From Gemmatimonadaceae bacterium (lineage in GTDB: Bacteria; Gemmatimonadota; Gemmatimonadetes; Gemmatimonadales; Gemmatimonadaceae): 64,000 nt of DNA. The stretch spans positions 7,044 to 71,043 of the forward strand of contig DATJGU010000118.1 in NCBI GenBank assembly GCA_035494615.1, read 5' to 3'. Position 1 is the first letter of the stretch; each line of letters opens with the position of its first letter. The translations under genes were made by a program, and so were the position numbers. The notes under the pieces were generated by a model that worked only from the letters and a program-made list of their open reading frames with translations, made no database searches and was not told the DNA's origin. Positions 1 through 8,874 of the stretch are shown piece by piece.

Positions 1-1
1 G

Positions 2-619
2 TACGACCGTTGGTCGCGCCAGTACGACATCGATCACAACACGACGCGCGATCTCGATGCGCAGGTCCTGCGGCGCGCGCCGCTCCGGGTCGCGGGAGCG
101 CGCGTGGTGGAGCTGGGGTGCGGCACGGGCAAGAACTCCGAGTGGCTCGCCGGCAGCGCGAGCGAGGTCGTCGCGCTCGACTTCTCGCCGGGGATGCTCG
201 ACGTCGCGCGGCGGCGCGTGCGCGCGACGAACGTGCGCTTCGTGGAGCACGACGTCACGCGCGCGTGGCCCGTGGAGAGCGCATCGGCGGACGTCGTCGT
301 GGGCGACCTCGTGCTCGAGCACGTGCGCGAGCTCGCGCCCGTGTATCGCGAGGCGGCACGCGTGCTTCGTCCCGGCGGACAGCTCTTCCTCTGCGAGCTG
401 CATCCCTACCGGCAGCTCCGCGGCGGCCAGGCGAAGTTCATCGATCCCCTGACGGCGGAGTCGGTGCCCGTGACGGCGTTCCGGCACTCGGTCGCCGAGT
501 ACGTGAACGGCGCGCTGTGCGCGGGGCTGGCGCTGCGCGCCGTCGGCGAGTGGCTCGAGGACGGGGCACCGCGCGAGGCCGTGCCGCGGCTGCTCTCGCT
601 CCTGTTCGAGCGGCCGTAG
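2..619 (+). CDS. class I SAM-dependent methyltransferase, 5' end outside window
   Basis: Frame is open from the window edge (YDRWSRQYD...). SAM motif I VVELGCGTGKN, acidic post-I ALDFSPGM and LRPGGQLF are present. TAG stop at 617-619. Confidence 0.85.
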   Translation, partial: YDRWSRQYDIDHNTTRDLDAQVLRRAPLRVAGARVVELGCGTGKNSEWLAGSASEVVALDFSPGMLDVARRRVRATNVRFVEHDVTRAWPVESASADVVVGDLVLEHVRELAPVYREAARVLRPGGQLFLCELHPYRQLRGGQAKFIDPLTAESVPVTAFRHSVAEYVNGALCAGLALRAVGEWLEDGAPREAVPRLLSLLFERP

Positions 620-640
620 CGTCGCGCGGGCCGCGGCGCG

Positions 641-1165
641 TCAGCCCGGCCGCTTCTCTCGCGTGGGCGAGGCGTCGTACGCCGCCGACTTCCCGCGCGG
701 GATGCTGAGCGACTGCCACGGCGACTCGGCGGACATGCGCGCGAGGAGCACGATCTGTCCCACGTGGTACGCGGTGTGAGCGACCGATCGCGCGAGCGCG
801 GCGTGCACGGTGAGGGGCTGGCCGCGGATCGTCACGGTGCGAGAGAGATCGGCGTCGGTGAGCGGCGCGAGGGCGTCGTCGACCACGGCGAAGCCGCGCC
901 GCCAGAGCCGCTCGAGCTCCGCGCGCTCGTAGGGTCGCTCCTCGAACTCGGACTCGCGGTCGCGGTCCGGCTTCTCGCCATCCTCGACGAGGAAGTTCGT
1001 GAACCGCGACACGAGGTTGCCGCTGACGTGGCGCACGATCATCGCCGCGGAATTTCCCTCGGGAGACGGCACGCGGTTGAGCTCAGCGTCGGGCATCTGG
1101 GCGAGTGCCTTGTCGGCGAGCTCGCGGTAGCGAGCGTACTCGCTGCGGAAATCTTCGATGAGCAT
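641..1165 (-). CDS. DinB / DUF1572-family protein
   Basis: Track ORF 641..1309 trimmed to the ATG at 1165 (MLIEDFRSEYARY...). Helical-bundle pattern with conserved His positions (IVRHVSGN, HTAYHVGQI). Confidence 0.8.
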   Translation of the reverse strand: MLIEDFRSEYARYRELADKALAQMPDAELNRVPSPEGNSAAMIVRHVSGNLVSRFTNFLVEDGEKPDRDRESEFEERPYERAELERLWRRGFAVVDDALAPLTDADLSRTVTIRGQPLTVHAALARSVAHTAYHVGQIVLLARMSAESPWQSLSIPRGKSAAYDASPTREKRPG

Positions 1166-1213
1166 CGGTATCCGGATCTCGTGAGGGATGGTTTTGGTGG
1201 AACTGCAACGCTC

Positions 1214-1250
1214 AGTAGTAGGTAGCGAGTAGCGAGCACGCCGTAGTGAG
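1214..1250. repeat. GTAG-rich dispersed intergenic motif, copy 1 (contains GGTAGCGAGTA at 1221-1231)
   Basis: AGTAGTAGGTAGCGAGTAGCGAGCACGCCGTAGTGAG, 56 bp upstream of the DinB-like start. The same 11-mer recurs at 20287-20297 and 55231-55242 (reverse), with a 10/11 match at 15437-15446. Confidence 0.6.
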
Positions 1251-1472
1251 ATGACGGCCTCGGGACGCGCGAGCTTCCGAGGGCGCGCTTCGCTCTCGCC
1301 GCTCTCCAAGGACTACTCCCCCGTGACAGGCCGCAGTTCCCCGCTCGCCCGCGCGAATCCCGTGCGGGCGCGTGGCGAGGAGGGAGCCGATTGGCCACCA
1401 TGGCGACAGCAGCACGACATGCTTGGGGAACATTTAAAGCGAGCACGGCAGTAAATCGATGGGCCGCAACAC

Positions 1473-1501
1473 TTTAAGTCGGCCTCCTTCCAGTTTATAT
1501 T
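1473..1501 (+). promoter_or_regulatory. candidate sigma70-type promoter for the 1590 gene
   Basis: TTTAAG (1473-1478), 17-nt spacer, TATATT (1496-1501). It lies in the only AT-rich patch of the 424-bp divergent intergenic region. Confidence 0.3.
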
Positions 1502-1589
1502 GAGGGGTCCCACCGAACCGCCGACGACGGGTGACCCGGTCCCGGTCCGCGGCAACGCCTTCGCTCGTTCGTTCCCTCCAGGGAGGCTC

Positions 1590-2402
1590 ATGCGCTCGGC
1601 AACGATCCTTCAGAACGCGCTGCTTGGCGCGAGCGCGCTCCTCGTCGCAGGCGCGCACTTCGCTTCCGATCGCGATCACACGGGCCCCGTGCTGACCGCC
1701 GCCATCGATTTCGTCGGCGGGCGGGCGGACTCGGCCGTGTCGACCTCGGCCGACGGCGACGCCTCGGCGATCGCCGCGGTGACGCAGGCCGCGCTTTCCG
1801 CGTTCGCCGGGGCGGTGCGTCCGCTGAGCAGGCCGGAAGCGCTCGAGTCCGCGTTCCGCGGCTATTTCGCCTACCGCGCCGCTCATCCGGACGAGGTTCG
1901 CAAGCCGCTCCTCTACTTCGTCGACTACGGCCTGCCGAGCACCGCGAAGCGCGGCTATGTGTTCGACATGAGCGCGCTGCGGATCGTCGACGGTCCGTTC
2001 ACCGTGGCCGCGGGCCGTGGCTCGGCCGCCAGAAACGGCGTACCGACCCGCTTCTCCAACGCCGAGGGGAGCAATGCCACCTCGCTCGGCCTCTACGTCG
2101 CACGCTCGCTCTACCCGTTCAGCGGAAAGTCGGCGGGGCAGCGATACAGCTCCGTGGGGCTGCGTCTGGACGGCGTGTCGACCGGGTTCAACGACAAGGC
2201 GCTCGAGCGCGGCGTCGTGGCGCACGGCGCGCCGTACGTGACCGCGACCAAGGCCGGCCGGAGCGAGGGGTGCCCGGCGATGGAGCCCGCCCGCGCGAAG
2301 CGCCTGCTCCCCAAGCTCGCCGACGGCGGCATGGTATTCCTCTTCGCGCCTGATCCGGTGTGGATGGCGGGGGACCCGTGGGCGAGCGGAAACTCGGGGT
2401 GA
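1590..2402 (+). CDS. L,D-transpeptidase catalytic-domain family protein (YkuD_2-like), secreted
   Basis: Track ORF trimmed to the ATG at 1590, preceded by GGGAGG. Hydrophobic N-terminus. C-terminal GVVAHGAPYV...GRSEGCPAM resembles the His/Cys catalytic motif of the family. Confidence 0.75.
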   Translation: MRSATILQNALLGASALLVAGAHFASDRDHTGPVLTAAIDFVGGRADSAVSTSADGDASAIAAVTQAALSAFAGAVRPLSRPEALESAFRGYFAYRAAHPDEVRKPLLYFVDYGLPSTAKRGYVFDMSALRIVDGPFTVAAGRGSAARNGVPTRFSNAEGSNATSLGLYVARSLYPFSGKSAGQRYSSVGLRLDGVSTGFNDKALERGVVAHGAPYVTATKAGRSEGCPAMEPARAKRLLPKLADGGMVFLFAPDPVWMAGDPWASGNSG

Positions 2403-2420
2403 GCACGGGCCTCGTGTGAC

Positions 2421-2472
2421 GAACACGCGAACGGGGGCGGAGCCGAGTGGCTCCGCCCCCGTTCGCGTGTTC
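2421..2472. terminator. perfect 24-bp stem / 4-nt loop hairpin between convergent genes
   Basis: GAACACGCGAACGGGGGCGGAGCC GAGT GGCTCCGCCCCCGTTCGCGTGTTC. It lies between the stops at 2402 (+) and 2483 (-). No U-tract on either side. Confidence 0.6.
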
Positions 2473-2482
2473 GAGCAAGCGG

Positions 2483-3127
2483 TTACTCGAGACCCGCCTT
2501 GATGCTCTGGGCCTTGGTCAGGTGCTCCTGAACCTTGGCCGTCGCCTTCGCGAGCGACGCGGACACCGTGCTGTCGGTCGTGCTCTTCGCCGCGTCCTGC
2601 AGCTTGTCGAGCACCTTCTGGTGGTCGTCGACCGCCTTGTCGATGTAGTCCTTGTCCCAGTCGGCGCCCTTCGCCTTGTCGGTGAGGTCCTTCAGCTCGT
2701 CGCGCCCGTGATCGGCGAGGTCCTTCGCGTCGTTCCAGGTCGAGTCGGCGGTGGCGTTGACCTTCCCCATGAGCGAGTGCATGTCGCCCATCATCTCGGT
2801 GTGGTCCTTCACCATCTCGCGGCCGAATTCCTTGACCTTCGGGTTGGTCGCCTTCGTCGAGGCGAGCTTGCCGAGCGCGATCTCGCCCGCGTTCGCGTTG
2901 TGCGCGAAGCCGAAGATGTGATCGTTCGTCCACGCGCCGGCGCTGGCCATGTTGTTCATGCCGGAGTCGGTACGGGCGGCGGCGGCGGAGTCGAGACGTC
3001 CGGCGGCGCTGTCGGTGCGCGCGGCGGCGGTATCCGCGGTGCGATCCGCCTTGCTGCAGGCGCCGAGGGCGCCGGCGCAGAGGAGCGCGAGTGAGATCTG
3101 CGTGAGTCGATGAGCGTGGCCTGTCAT
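2483..3127 (-). CDS. DUF4142-domain lipoprotein
   Basis: ATG at 3127 with GGAGA 8 nt upstream. Lipobox LGACS. Duplicated helical pattern (NANAGEIALGKLA, KEFGREMVKDHT, DKDYIDKAVDDHQKVLDKL). Confidence 0.8.
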   Translation of the reverse strand: MTGHAHRLTQISLALLCAGALGACSKADRTADTAAARTDSAAGRLDSAAAARTDSGMNNMASAGAWTNDHIFGFAHNANAGEIALGKLASTKATNPKVKEFGREMVKDHTEMMGDMHSLMGKVNATADSTWNDAKDLADHGRDELKDLTDKAKGADWDKDYIDKAVDDHQKVLDKLQDAAKSTTDSTVSASLAKATAKVQEHLTKAQSIKAGLE

Positions 3128-3371
3128 GGTCGGTCTCCGATTCGTGGGGAGCATTCCGGTCGCCGCGGTTCGCGCCGGCGGGACGCCGGGGTAGCGGCGG
3201 CCGCGACCCAGTCGGAGGAGGCAAGGGACAGACCATTGCGATCGCCGGAGTCCGGTTCGCCGCGCGCCGGAGGCTGTCGAATCGGGAGTGCGCGCGGCGC
3301 CGTTACCGTGGCGGTGACGGCGGTCACGAATTCGCTGCGCAACGACGTCGCGCGAGTCGGCCGAGCTCGCT

Positions 3372-4787
3372 CTATTTCCCTCGGCTCATCTCATATGCCT
3401 GCATGATCGTGTGGTATTTCACGATCATGTTCGGCACCTCCCACTCCGGCATCTCGCCCTGGCGGAGGAAGCGGAGGAAATCCGACGTGACCTGGGCGAA
3501 GTGCGCCTCGTGGCCGACGTCGTACTTCGGCGGGACGTCGACGACGAAGTGGTCGCCCTCGCGATGCACCGCGACGCCGGGCCAGCGCCCCTGCAGATGC
3601 TCCACCGCCGCGTCGAGCGCCGCTTCGTGTGCCTCGGGCGTCACGGACGGATTGCGCTCGACGTAGAGCACGGGCTTGTACTTCTGCTCCGCGCCCTGGC
3701 GGATCATGAGCGTCGCCTTCGTGCCGCGCATGATCGAGAAGTGCGTGTCGCCGCTTCCCGGCGGCCCCTCGAACTGCCACGAGTCGGACACGCGGGCGTG
3801 GATCCCCTTGAGCGTGTAGTTCATCTCGCCGTTCGCGTAGTCCTGCAGCACGCCGTTCTTCACGTCTCCCTTCAGATAATCCGGGAAGCTGTCGGCGCCG
3901 GTCACCTGCTCGAACTGCGCGAGCGAGATCGGCGTCACCCACCGCCGTGCGTTGATCATGTGCACGTCGCTCGGCGTCAGCGTCACGCCGGGGAATGCTT
4001 CCCACTGCACGAGGTCGACGAGGTGGGTGGTGACGTCGACGATCCCCTCGCCCTGCTGGCGCACGTCGAAGAACCATTCCGGACGCTTGAGCGGCTGGCC
4101 GGCGACGATCTTCTTGAAGAGGTGGACGCTGACCTTCGTGATGGCCGGGTTCTCCGTCGTCCCCTTCACGAGCGTCCCGAACAGCGCCGGATCCATGGAG
4201 AGCTGGCGCTGGAGCGCGGTGGTGACCTCGTTGCGCTCCGTCATGATGTCGTACAGGAGCACGTGCTTCTGCTCCGCCGTGGCGAAGGCCTGCTTCAGCC
4301 GCACGAGATCCGCCGGCGTGCGCACCATCGGCTTGTCGGCGAGCACGTTGAGCCCCGCGTCGATCGAGCGGACGATGTACTCGGTCTTGCGTGCGTTGTT
4401 GCCGGAGATGACGACGATGTTCCCCTTGCGATCGGCGATCATCCGGTCGAGGAAGTCGGGACCGGTGTACACCTTCTCGACCCAGTGGGTCGGGTTCTCC
4501 TTCCGCGTGTTGAACAGCTCGATGCGCGCGAGGTGCTGCGCGAGGTCGTCGCCACCGGCGGAGTAGACCCACACGACGCTGTCGACGTCCGGGTACATGA
4601 ACTTCTGGACGAGCGACGCGTGGAAGTGTCCGGGATCCAGCGTGAGCAGCCGGAAGCGAACCGAGTCGGCGCGCGCGGTACCCTGCTGCGCCGGCTGCTG
4701 CGCGGAAGCGGGTGCGGAGGCCATGAGGAGAAGGGCGGCGGCGCCAGCGGGCGCGAGCCGTCGGATGGTCGTCGTGATGCGGTGCAT
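3372..4787 (-). CDS. secreted protein with putative oxidoreductase C-terminal domain (Gfo/Idh/MocA-associated)
   Basis: Track ORF 3372..5693 trimmed to the ATG at 4787 (MHRITTTIRRLAPAGAAALLLMASAPASA signal). LLTLDPGHFHA and NIVVISGNNARK motifs. Sits directly downstream of a Gfo/Idh/MocA gene. Confidence 0.8.
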   Translation of the reverse strand: MHRITTTIRRLAPAGAAALLLMASAPASAQQPAQQGTARADSVRFRLLTLDPGHFHASLVQKFMYPDVDSVVWVYSAGGDDLAQHLARIELFNTRKENPTHWVEKVYTGPDFLDRMIADRKGNIVVISGNNARKTEYIVRSIDAGLNVLADKPMVRTPADLVRLKQAFATAEQKHVLLYDIMTERNEVTTALQRQLSMDPALFGTLVKGTTENPAITKVSVHLFKKIVAGQPLKRPEWFFDVRQQGEGIVDVTTHLVDLVQWEAFPGVTLTPSDVHMINARRWVTPISLAQFEQVTGADSFPDYLKGDVKNGVLQDYANGEMNYTLKGIHARVSDSWQFEGPPGSGDTHFSIMRGTKATLMIRQGAEQKYKPVLYVERNPSVTPEAHEAALDAAVEHLQGRWPGVAVHREGDHFVVDVPPKYDVGHEAHFAQVTSDFLRFLRQGEMPEWEVPNMIVKYHTIMQAYEMSRGK

Positions 4788-4798
4788 GCGCTCGGGAA

Positions 4799-6247
4799 TC
4801 AGGTCTTTGAGTGTGAGGCGGCGAGACGGGTCGCGCCGTACGGACCGCGCTCGGGGCGCGAGAGCATCGCCGTCGCCTCGGCGTCGTTGACGAACCGCTC
4901 GTGCTCGGCGTCCCACTCGATCGGCCGGCCGAGCTTCATCGCGATCCAGCTCAGGATGCACGCGGCGTTGGCGCGGTGCGCGATCGGCGCCGGCGCGAGC
5001 GGCGTCGCACGCGACTTCACGCACTCGAGCCAGTTCTTGTGGTGCGACAGGCTGTGCGGCATGTGCACCGTGACGCCGTTCGGGTCGAGCAGCTTCGGGT
5101 CGCTCGCGTCGAGCGACTTGAGCGACGTCGCGCGGCCGGTCGGATCGCTCGCCGTCTGCGTGGCGTCGCGGGAGACGAAGATCCAGCCGTCGTCGCCGAT
5201 CCACTTGATGCCGTTCGGCAGCTCGTCCGACACGGTCATGATGACGTTGCCCGGATACGTGAGCTCGATGTGGTACTTGCCGTGCACGTTCCAGATCCGG
5301 TCGTGCGGCGGGAACTCGCCCTTCCCCTCGATCCTCGACGGGCCGGTGAGCTCCATGTTCATCCCCCAGTGCGCCGTGTCGAAGTGGTGCGCGCCCCACC
5401 CGGTGATCATGCCGAGCGAGTAGTTCTCGTTGCGCAGCCAGCCGGGCCGCGACTGCACGTCGGGTCCGCCGTCGCGGCCGGTGCCCTGCGGGTGCACGCG
5501 CTGCTCGGTGTAGTACTCCTCCGGCGTCGGCCCGAGCCACATGTCGTAGTTCAGATTCGACGGCACCGGCTGCGGCGGATCGTTCGGCTTGGTCGGATCG
5601 ATCGGCAATCCGATCTCGACGCGGCGCAGCGTGCCGACGCGGCCGCTGCGCACGAACTCCACCGCCTTGCGGAACTGCTCGTTCGGTCCCCACGAGCGCT
5701 GCTGGCTCCCCACCTGGAGCACGCGCCCGGTGCGCGCGACGGCGTCGCGGAGGATGAGCCCCTCGGCGTGCGTCATGGTGAACGGCTTCTGGAGGTAGAC
5801 GTCCTTCCCCGCGTAGAGGGCGCGGAGCGCGACCTCGGCGTGCTGATGGTCCGGAAGGCTGATCGTGACCGCCTCGATGTCGGGGCGGGCGAGCAGCTCC
5901 TTGTAGTCCGTGAAGACGGAGATCGTCGGCTTCGGCGCATTGCGCGCGGCGAACAGCCGCTCCACGCGCGCCTTCCCGCTCGCGGCGCGGCGCGAGTCCA
6001 GATCGGCGACGGCGAGGACGTCGGCGAGATCGGCGCTCGCCACGCCGACCATGTCGTGTCCCTGCGCGATCCGGCCGCAGCCGATGTGCCCGACGCGGAC
6101 GCGGTTACTCGGCGCGTCGGGACCGAGCAGGCGAGCCGGGATGACGAGGGGCGCGGCGACGGCCGCCGCGGTCGCGCCGCCGCGCTGGAGGAAGGCGCGG
6201 CGCGAGATGGCGTCGCTGGTCTCGGTCGGTTTCCTGGTCACGGGCAA
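4799..6247 (-). CDS. Gfo/Idh/MocA-family oxidoreductase with Tat signal
   Basis: Twin-arginine SRRAFLQRGG, Rossmann VGHIGCGRIA, and EKP-type motif DVYLQKPFT. Start is TTG at 6247 or GTG at 6241. Confidence 0.9.
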   Translation of the reverse strand: MPVTRKPTETSDAISRRAFLQRGGATAAAVAAPLVIPARLLGPDAPSNRVRVGHIGCGRIAQGHDMVGVASADLADVLAVADLDSRRAASGKARVERLFAARNAPKPTISVFTDYKELLARPDIEAVTISLPDHQHAEVALRALYAGKDVYLQKPFTMTHAEGLILRDAVARTGRVLQVGSQQRSWGPNEQFRKAVEFVRSGRVGTLRRVEIGLPIDPTKPNDPPQPVPSNLNYDMWLGPTPEEYYTEQRVHPQGTGRDGGPDVQSRPGWLRNENYSLGMITGWGAHHFDTAHWGMNMELTGPSRIEGKGEFPPHDRIWNVHGKYHIELTYPGNVIMTVSDELPNGIKWIGDDGWIFVSRDATQTASDPTGRATSLKSLDASDPKLLDPNGVTVHMPHSLSHHKNWLECVKSRATPLAPAPIAHRANAACILSWIAMKLGRPIEWDAEHERFVNDAEATAMLSRPERGPYGATRLAASHSKT

Positions 6248-6425
6248 GTCCGGGCGAGGGTGGGTTTCTCAGTATGCAGCACGGTGCGACGGCCGAACAA
6301 CGACGAAATGGATGGACCTGATGACGACCTTCCGCGCAATGCTGTTCACTCCGACCGCCACCGTGCGCTCTCGATCGGGTAGTGGTGATCCTGCCGTTCC
6401 CGCGCCGATCAGGCCGTCGATCCGC

Positions 6426-6466
6426 GTTCCGTCGTTCGCAGGTCCGTCGTTCCGTCGTTCCGTCCC
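6426..6466. repeat. short tandem octamer repeat (TCCGTCGT-like, about 4 copies, interrupted)
   Basis: GTTCCGTCGTTCGCAGGTCCGTCGTTCCGTCGTTCCGTCCC, in the intergenic region between 6247 and 6508. Confidence 0.6.
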
Positions 6467-6507
6467 ACGGCGATGATCCGCCACTGGATCGGCTACGCCC
6501 CGGACCT

Positions 6508-7707
6508 CTACGGCGTTGCGGCTCGGCGCGGTACGGGGGCGAGGACGCCGGCGATGAGGAGGCCGGCGACGAGGGCGAAGGCGGTGAAGATCATCGTGAA
6601 GGCCGTATCGATCCCCGCCACGGTGTTCCGCTCCATGAGCGACGCCATGCTCCGATAGCCGATGCTTCCCGGCACGAGCAGGAGGATGCCCGGCACGAGC
6701 ACGACCGGCGCGGGGCGGCGGCGCCAGTGCTCGTAGCCGCTGCTTGCCAGCGCGACGAGGAAGGCGGCGACGAACATCCCGAGCTCGGGGCCGAGCCACA
6801 CGGCGCCGATCCGTCCCGACAGCACGCCGAGCACCCCCGCGGCCACGATCCAGGGTCCATCGCGCGGGTCGGCGCGGAGGATCACCACCGAGCTCGCCGA
6901 GGCGACGAGGATCGCCGCGATCGGCGCCCACGCGGGCAATGGCGAGAAGTCGCCCCCCGGGACGGAGCCGAAGAGCGAGGTCCCGATCCGTCCGCCGAGC
7001 GCGACGCCGAAGATGATGCCGAGCAGGGTCATGAAGACGCTGCTCATCCGGATCGTGCCGGACGCGAGGTGGCGCGTCGCGAGCTCCGTGATCGCCGTGG
7101 TGAGCAGCAGCCCGGGGAGGAGCACGATCAGTCCCGACAGCGTCGCCACGAACACGGAGATCGGTCCGGCGAGCCGCGCGAGGCCGAAGGCGGCGAGACT
7201 GACGAGAAAGGCGGCGATCGGCTCGAACAGCCGCCCGATGCGCGCGTGTCGCGCGGCGACGAGGGCGAACAGTCCGAGCACGAGGCCGAGCACGCCGGCG
7301 ACGAGGACGTCGCGCGGTCCGCCGCCGATGAACTGGCACACGGCGCTGGAGAGCAGGCCGTACGCGACGGTCACGAGCGCGTTGCCGTAGGGCGATGGCG
7401 CGGCGACGATGCGCTCGATCTCCGCCATGCCGTCGGCCGGCGAGGTGCGTCCCTGCGCGACGTCGAGCGACACCTGCTCGAGCGCCGCGAGCTTGCCGAG
7501 GTTCACCTCGCCCGGCTCGACGCGCAGCAGATGCGTGCGCTGGCGCGACTCCGGGCCGAACGCCGCCATGATCTGCGTCGGCATCGAGAAGAAGCGATGG
7601 CCGTGCAGGCCGAGCCGGTCGGCGGTGGCGCCGAGGATGTCCTCGAGCCGCGGCGCGGAGTAGCCGTAGGCGTGGAGCGCGCGCGCGAGCCGGAGCACGA
7701 ACCCCAC
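6508..7707 (-). CDS. threonine/serine exporter family protein (ThrE-like, DUF1212+DUF3815 architecture)
   Basis: LRLARALHAYGYSAPRLEDIL N-terminal domain followed by about 10 hydrophobic segments. The first plausible in-frame start downstream of the neighbouring gene's stop is GTG at 7707. Start is uncertain. Confidence 0.8.
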   Translation of the reverse strand: MGFVLRLARALHAYGYSAPRLEDILGATADRLGLHGHRFFSMPTQIMAAFGPESRQRTHLLRVEPGEVNLGKLAALEQVSLDVAQGRTSPADGMAEIERIVAAPSPYGNALVTVAYGLLSSAVCQFIGGGPRDVLVAGVLGLVLGLFALVAARHARIGRLFEPIAAFLVSLAAFGLARLAGPISVFVATLSGLIVLLPGLLLTTAITELATRHLASGTIRMSSVFMTLLGIIFGVALGGRIGTSLFGSVPGGDFSPLPAWAPIAAILVASASSVVILRADPRDGPWIVAAGVLGVLSGRIGAVWLGPELGMFVAAFLVALASSGYEHWRRRPAPVVLVPGILLLVPGSIGYRSMASLMERNTVAGIDTAFTMIFTAFALVAGLLIAGVLAPVPRRAATP

Positions 7708-7835
7708 CGCGGCGGGGTCGGGATCGGGGGCGAACTTCGCGGCGAGCGGGAGGTCGTCGGACAGGGAAGCGCGGGTCGGAGTGATCGCGCAAACTGCGCG
7801 GCGTGCCCCACCGGGTGCAACGCCGTTGGCGGAGG

Positions 7836-8261
7836 TCAGCGGTCCGCCGCGGCCTCCGACCAGCCGGTCAGCACCGAATTGAGCGCGATGGCGTAGAGCA
7901 CGAGGACGAGCACCGCGACGCCGCCGATCACGCCGAGCGTCGTGCGTTCGGCGCTGACCTGCCGGGTCTCGATGCGCGCGACGTCGCTCCGTGCGATCGC
8001 GCGCCGCGCGCGCTCCGCGCCGAGGAACCCCACGACGCTGTCCGCGCGCACCTGCACGTCGGCCATCGTGAGCCGGGCGCCGTCGCGCGTCACGAGCCGA
8101 GCGTGCGCGAAATGCGCTGCGTTCGCGGTATCGGGCGCGGGAGGCGCGGGCCGCCAGCTGTGACACGCACCGAGGGCGACCAGGAGCAGTGCGGAGACGG
8201 CGCAGCGCGCGCGCCGGCGGCTGGACCGAGGGACGCCGGCGAGCACGCCGCGATTACTCAT
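7836..8261 (-). CDS. hypothetical lipoprotein with C-terminal TM helix
   Basis: Signal plus lipobox LVALGAC. C-terminal hydrophobic stretch GVIGGVAVLVLVLYAIAL. Its start overlaps the upstream gene's end by 8 nt. Confidence 0.6.
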   Translation of the reverse strand: MSNRGVLAGVPRSSRRRARCAVSALLLVALGACHSWRPAPPAPDTANAAHFAHARLVTRDGARLTMADVQVRADSVVGFLGAERARRAIARSDVARIETRQVSAERTTLGVIGGVAVLVLVLYAIALNSVLTGWSEAAADR

Positions 8262-8874
8262 CCATGCGCGCGAAGCCGCCCGAGTCGCGCCGGATCACCA
8301 CCTCGGCGGAGCTCAGCGTCACCTTGCCCGTGAAGCGCACGACGCTGTCGACGCGGCTCGCCTCGATCCAGCTCGTGGCGCGCGGGTGGCGGCGGTACTC
8401 GAACGATCCGAGCACGGCGCTCACGTGGTCCTCGACGCCGACGTTCGCCGGAAGCTGGATCTCGATGTTCCCCATCACGGCGTGCAGCGCGATCTCGGTC
8501 ACGCCCGGGGCGAACCGGGCGCGCGTGAGGTCGAGCTCGACGTTGCCGAGCAGGGTGCGCACGTCGAGCTGGCGCGGGACCTCGTCCATCTCGCGTACGA
8601 CGCTGCCGAGCATGACGCCGACCCGCATCGAGGGTATGCTCGTCCGCGCCGGCGCGACGCCGTCGCCGTCCGTGCCGAGATCGGCGGTGAGGGCCGCGAG
8701 CGCGGCCGGCGTCGTGACGGCGTACGCGGCCTCGGCGCGCCGCTCGAACTCCTCGAGCGAGAGATGGTCCTGCGCGTACCGCTCGGTGAGCCGCGCGATC
8801 ACCTGTTCGCGCGCCGCGGGGGAGACCGCGCCGCTCACGCTGCCGCGCGGAGGCTGAATCGGCGGGAGCGTCAT
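8254..8874 (-). CDS. DUF1707 domain protein with LiaF-like C-terminal domain
   Basis: Track ORF trimmed to the ATG at 8874. N-terminal SPAAREQVIARLTERYAQDHLSLEEFERR (DUF1707-like). C-terminal repeated beta pattern GNVELDL...MGNIEIQLP. Confidence 0.75.
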   Translation of the reverse strand: MTLPPIQPPRGSVSGAVSPAAREQVIARLTERYAQDHLSLEEFERRAEAAYAVTTPAALAALTADLGTDGDGVAPARTSIPSMRVGVMLGSVVREMDEVPRQLDVRTLLGNVELDLTRARFAPGVTEIALHAVMGNIEIQLPANVGVEDHVSAVLGSFEYRRHPRATSWIEASRVDSVVRFTGKVTLSSAEVVIRRDSGGFARMDE

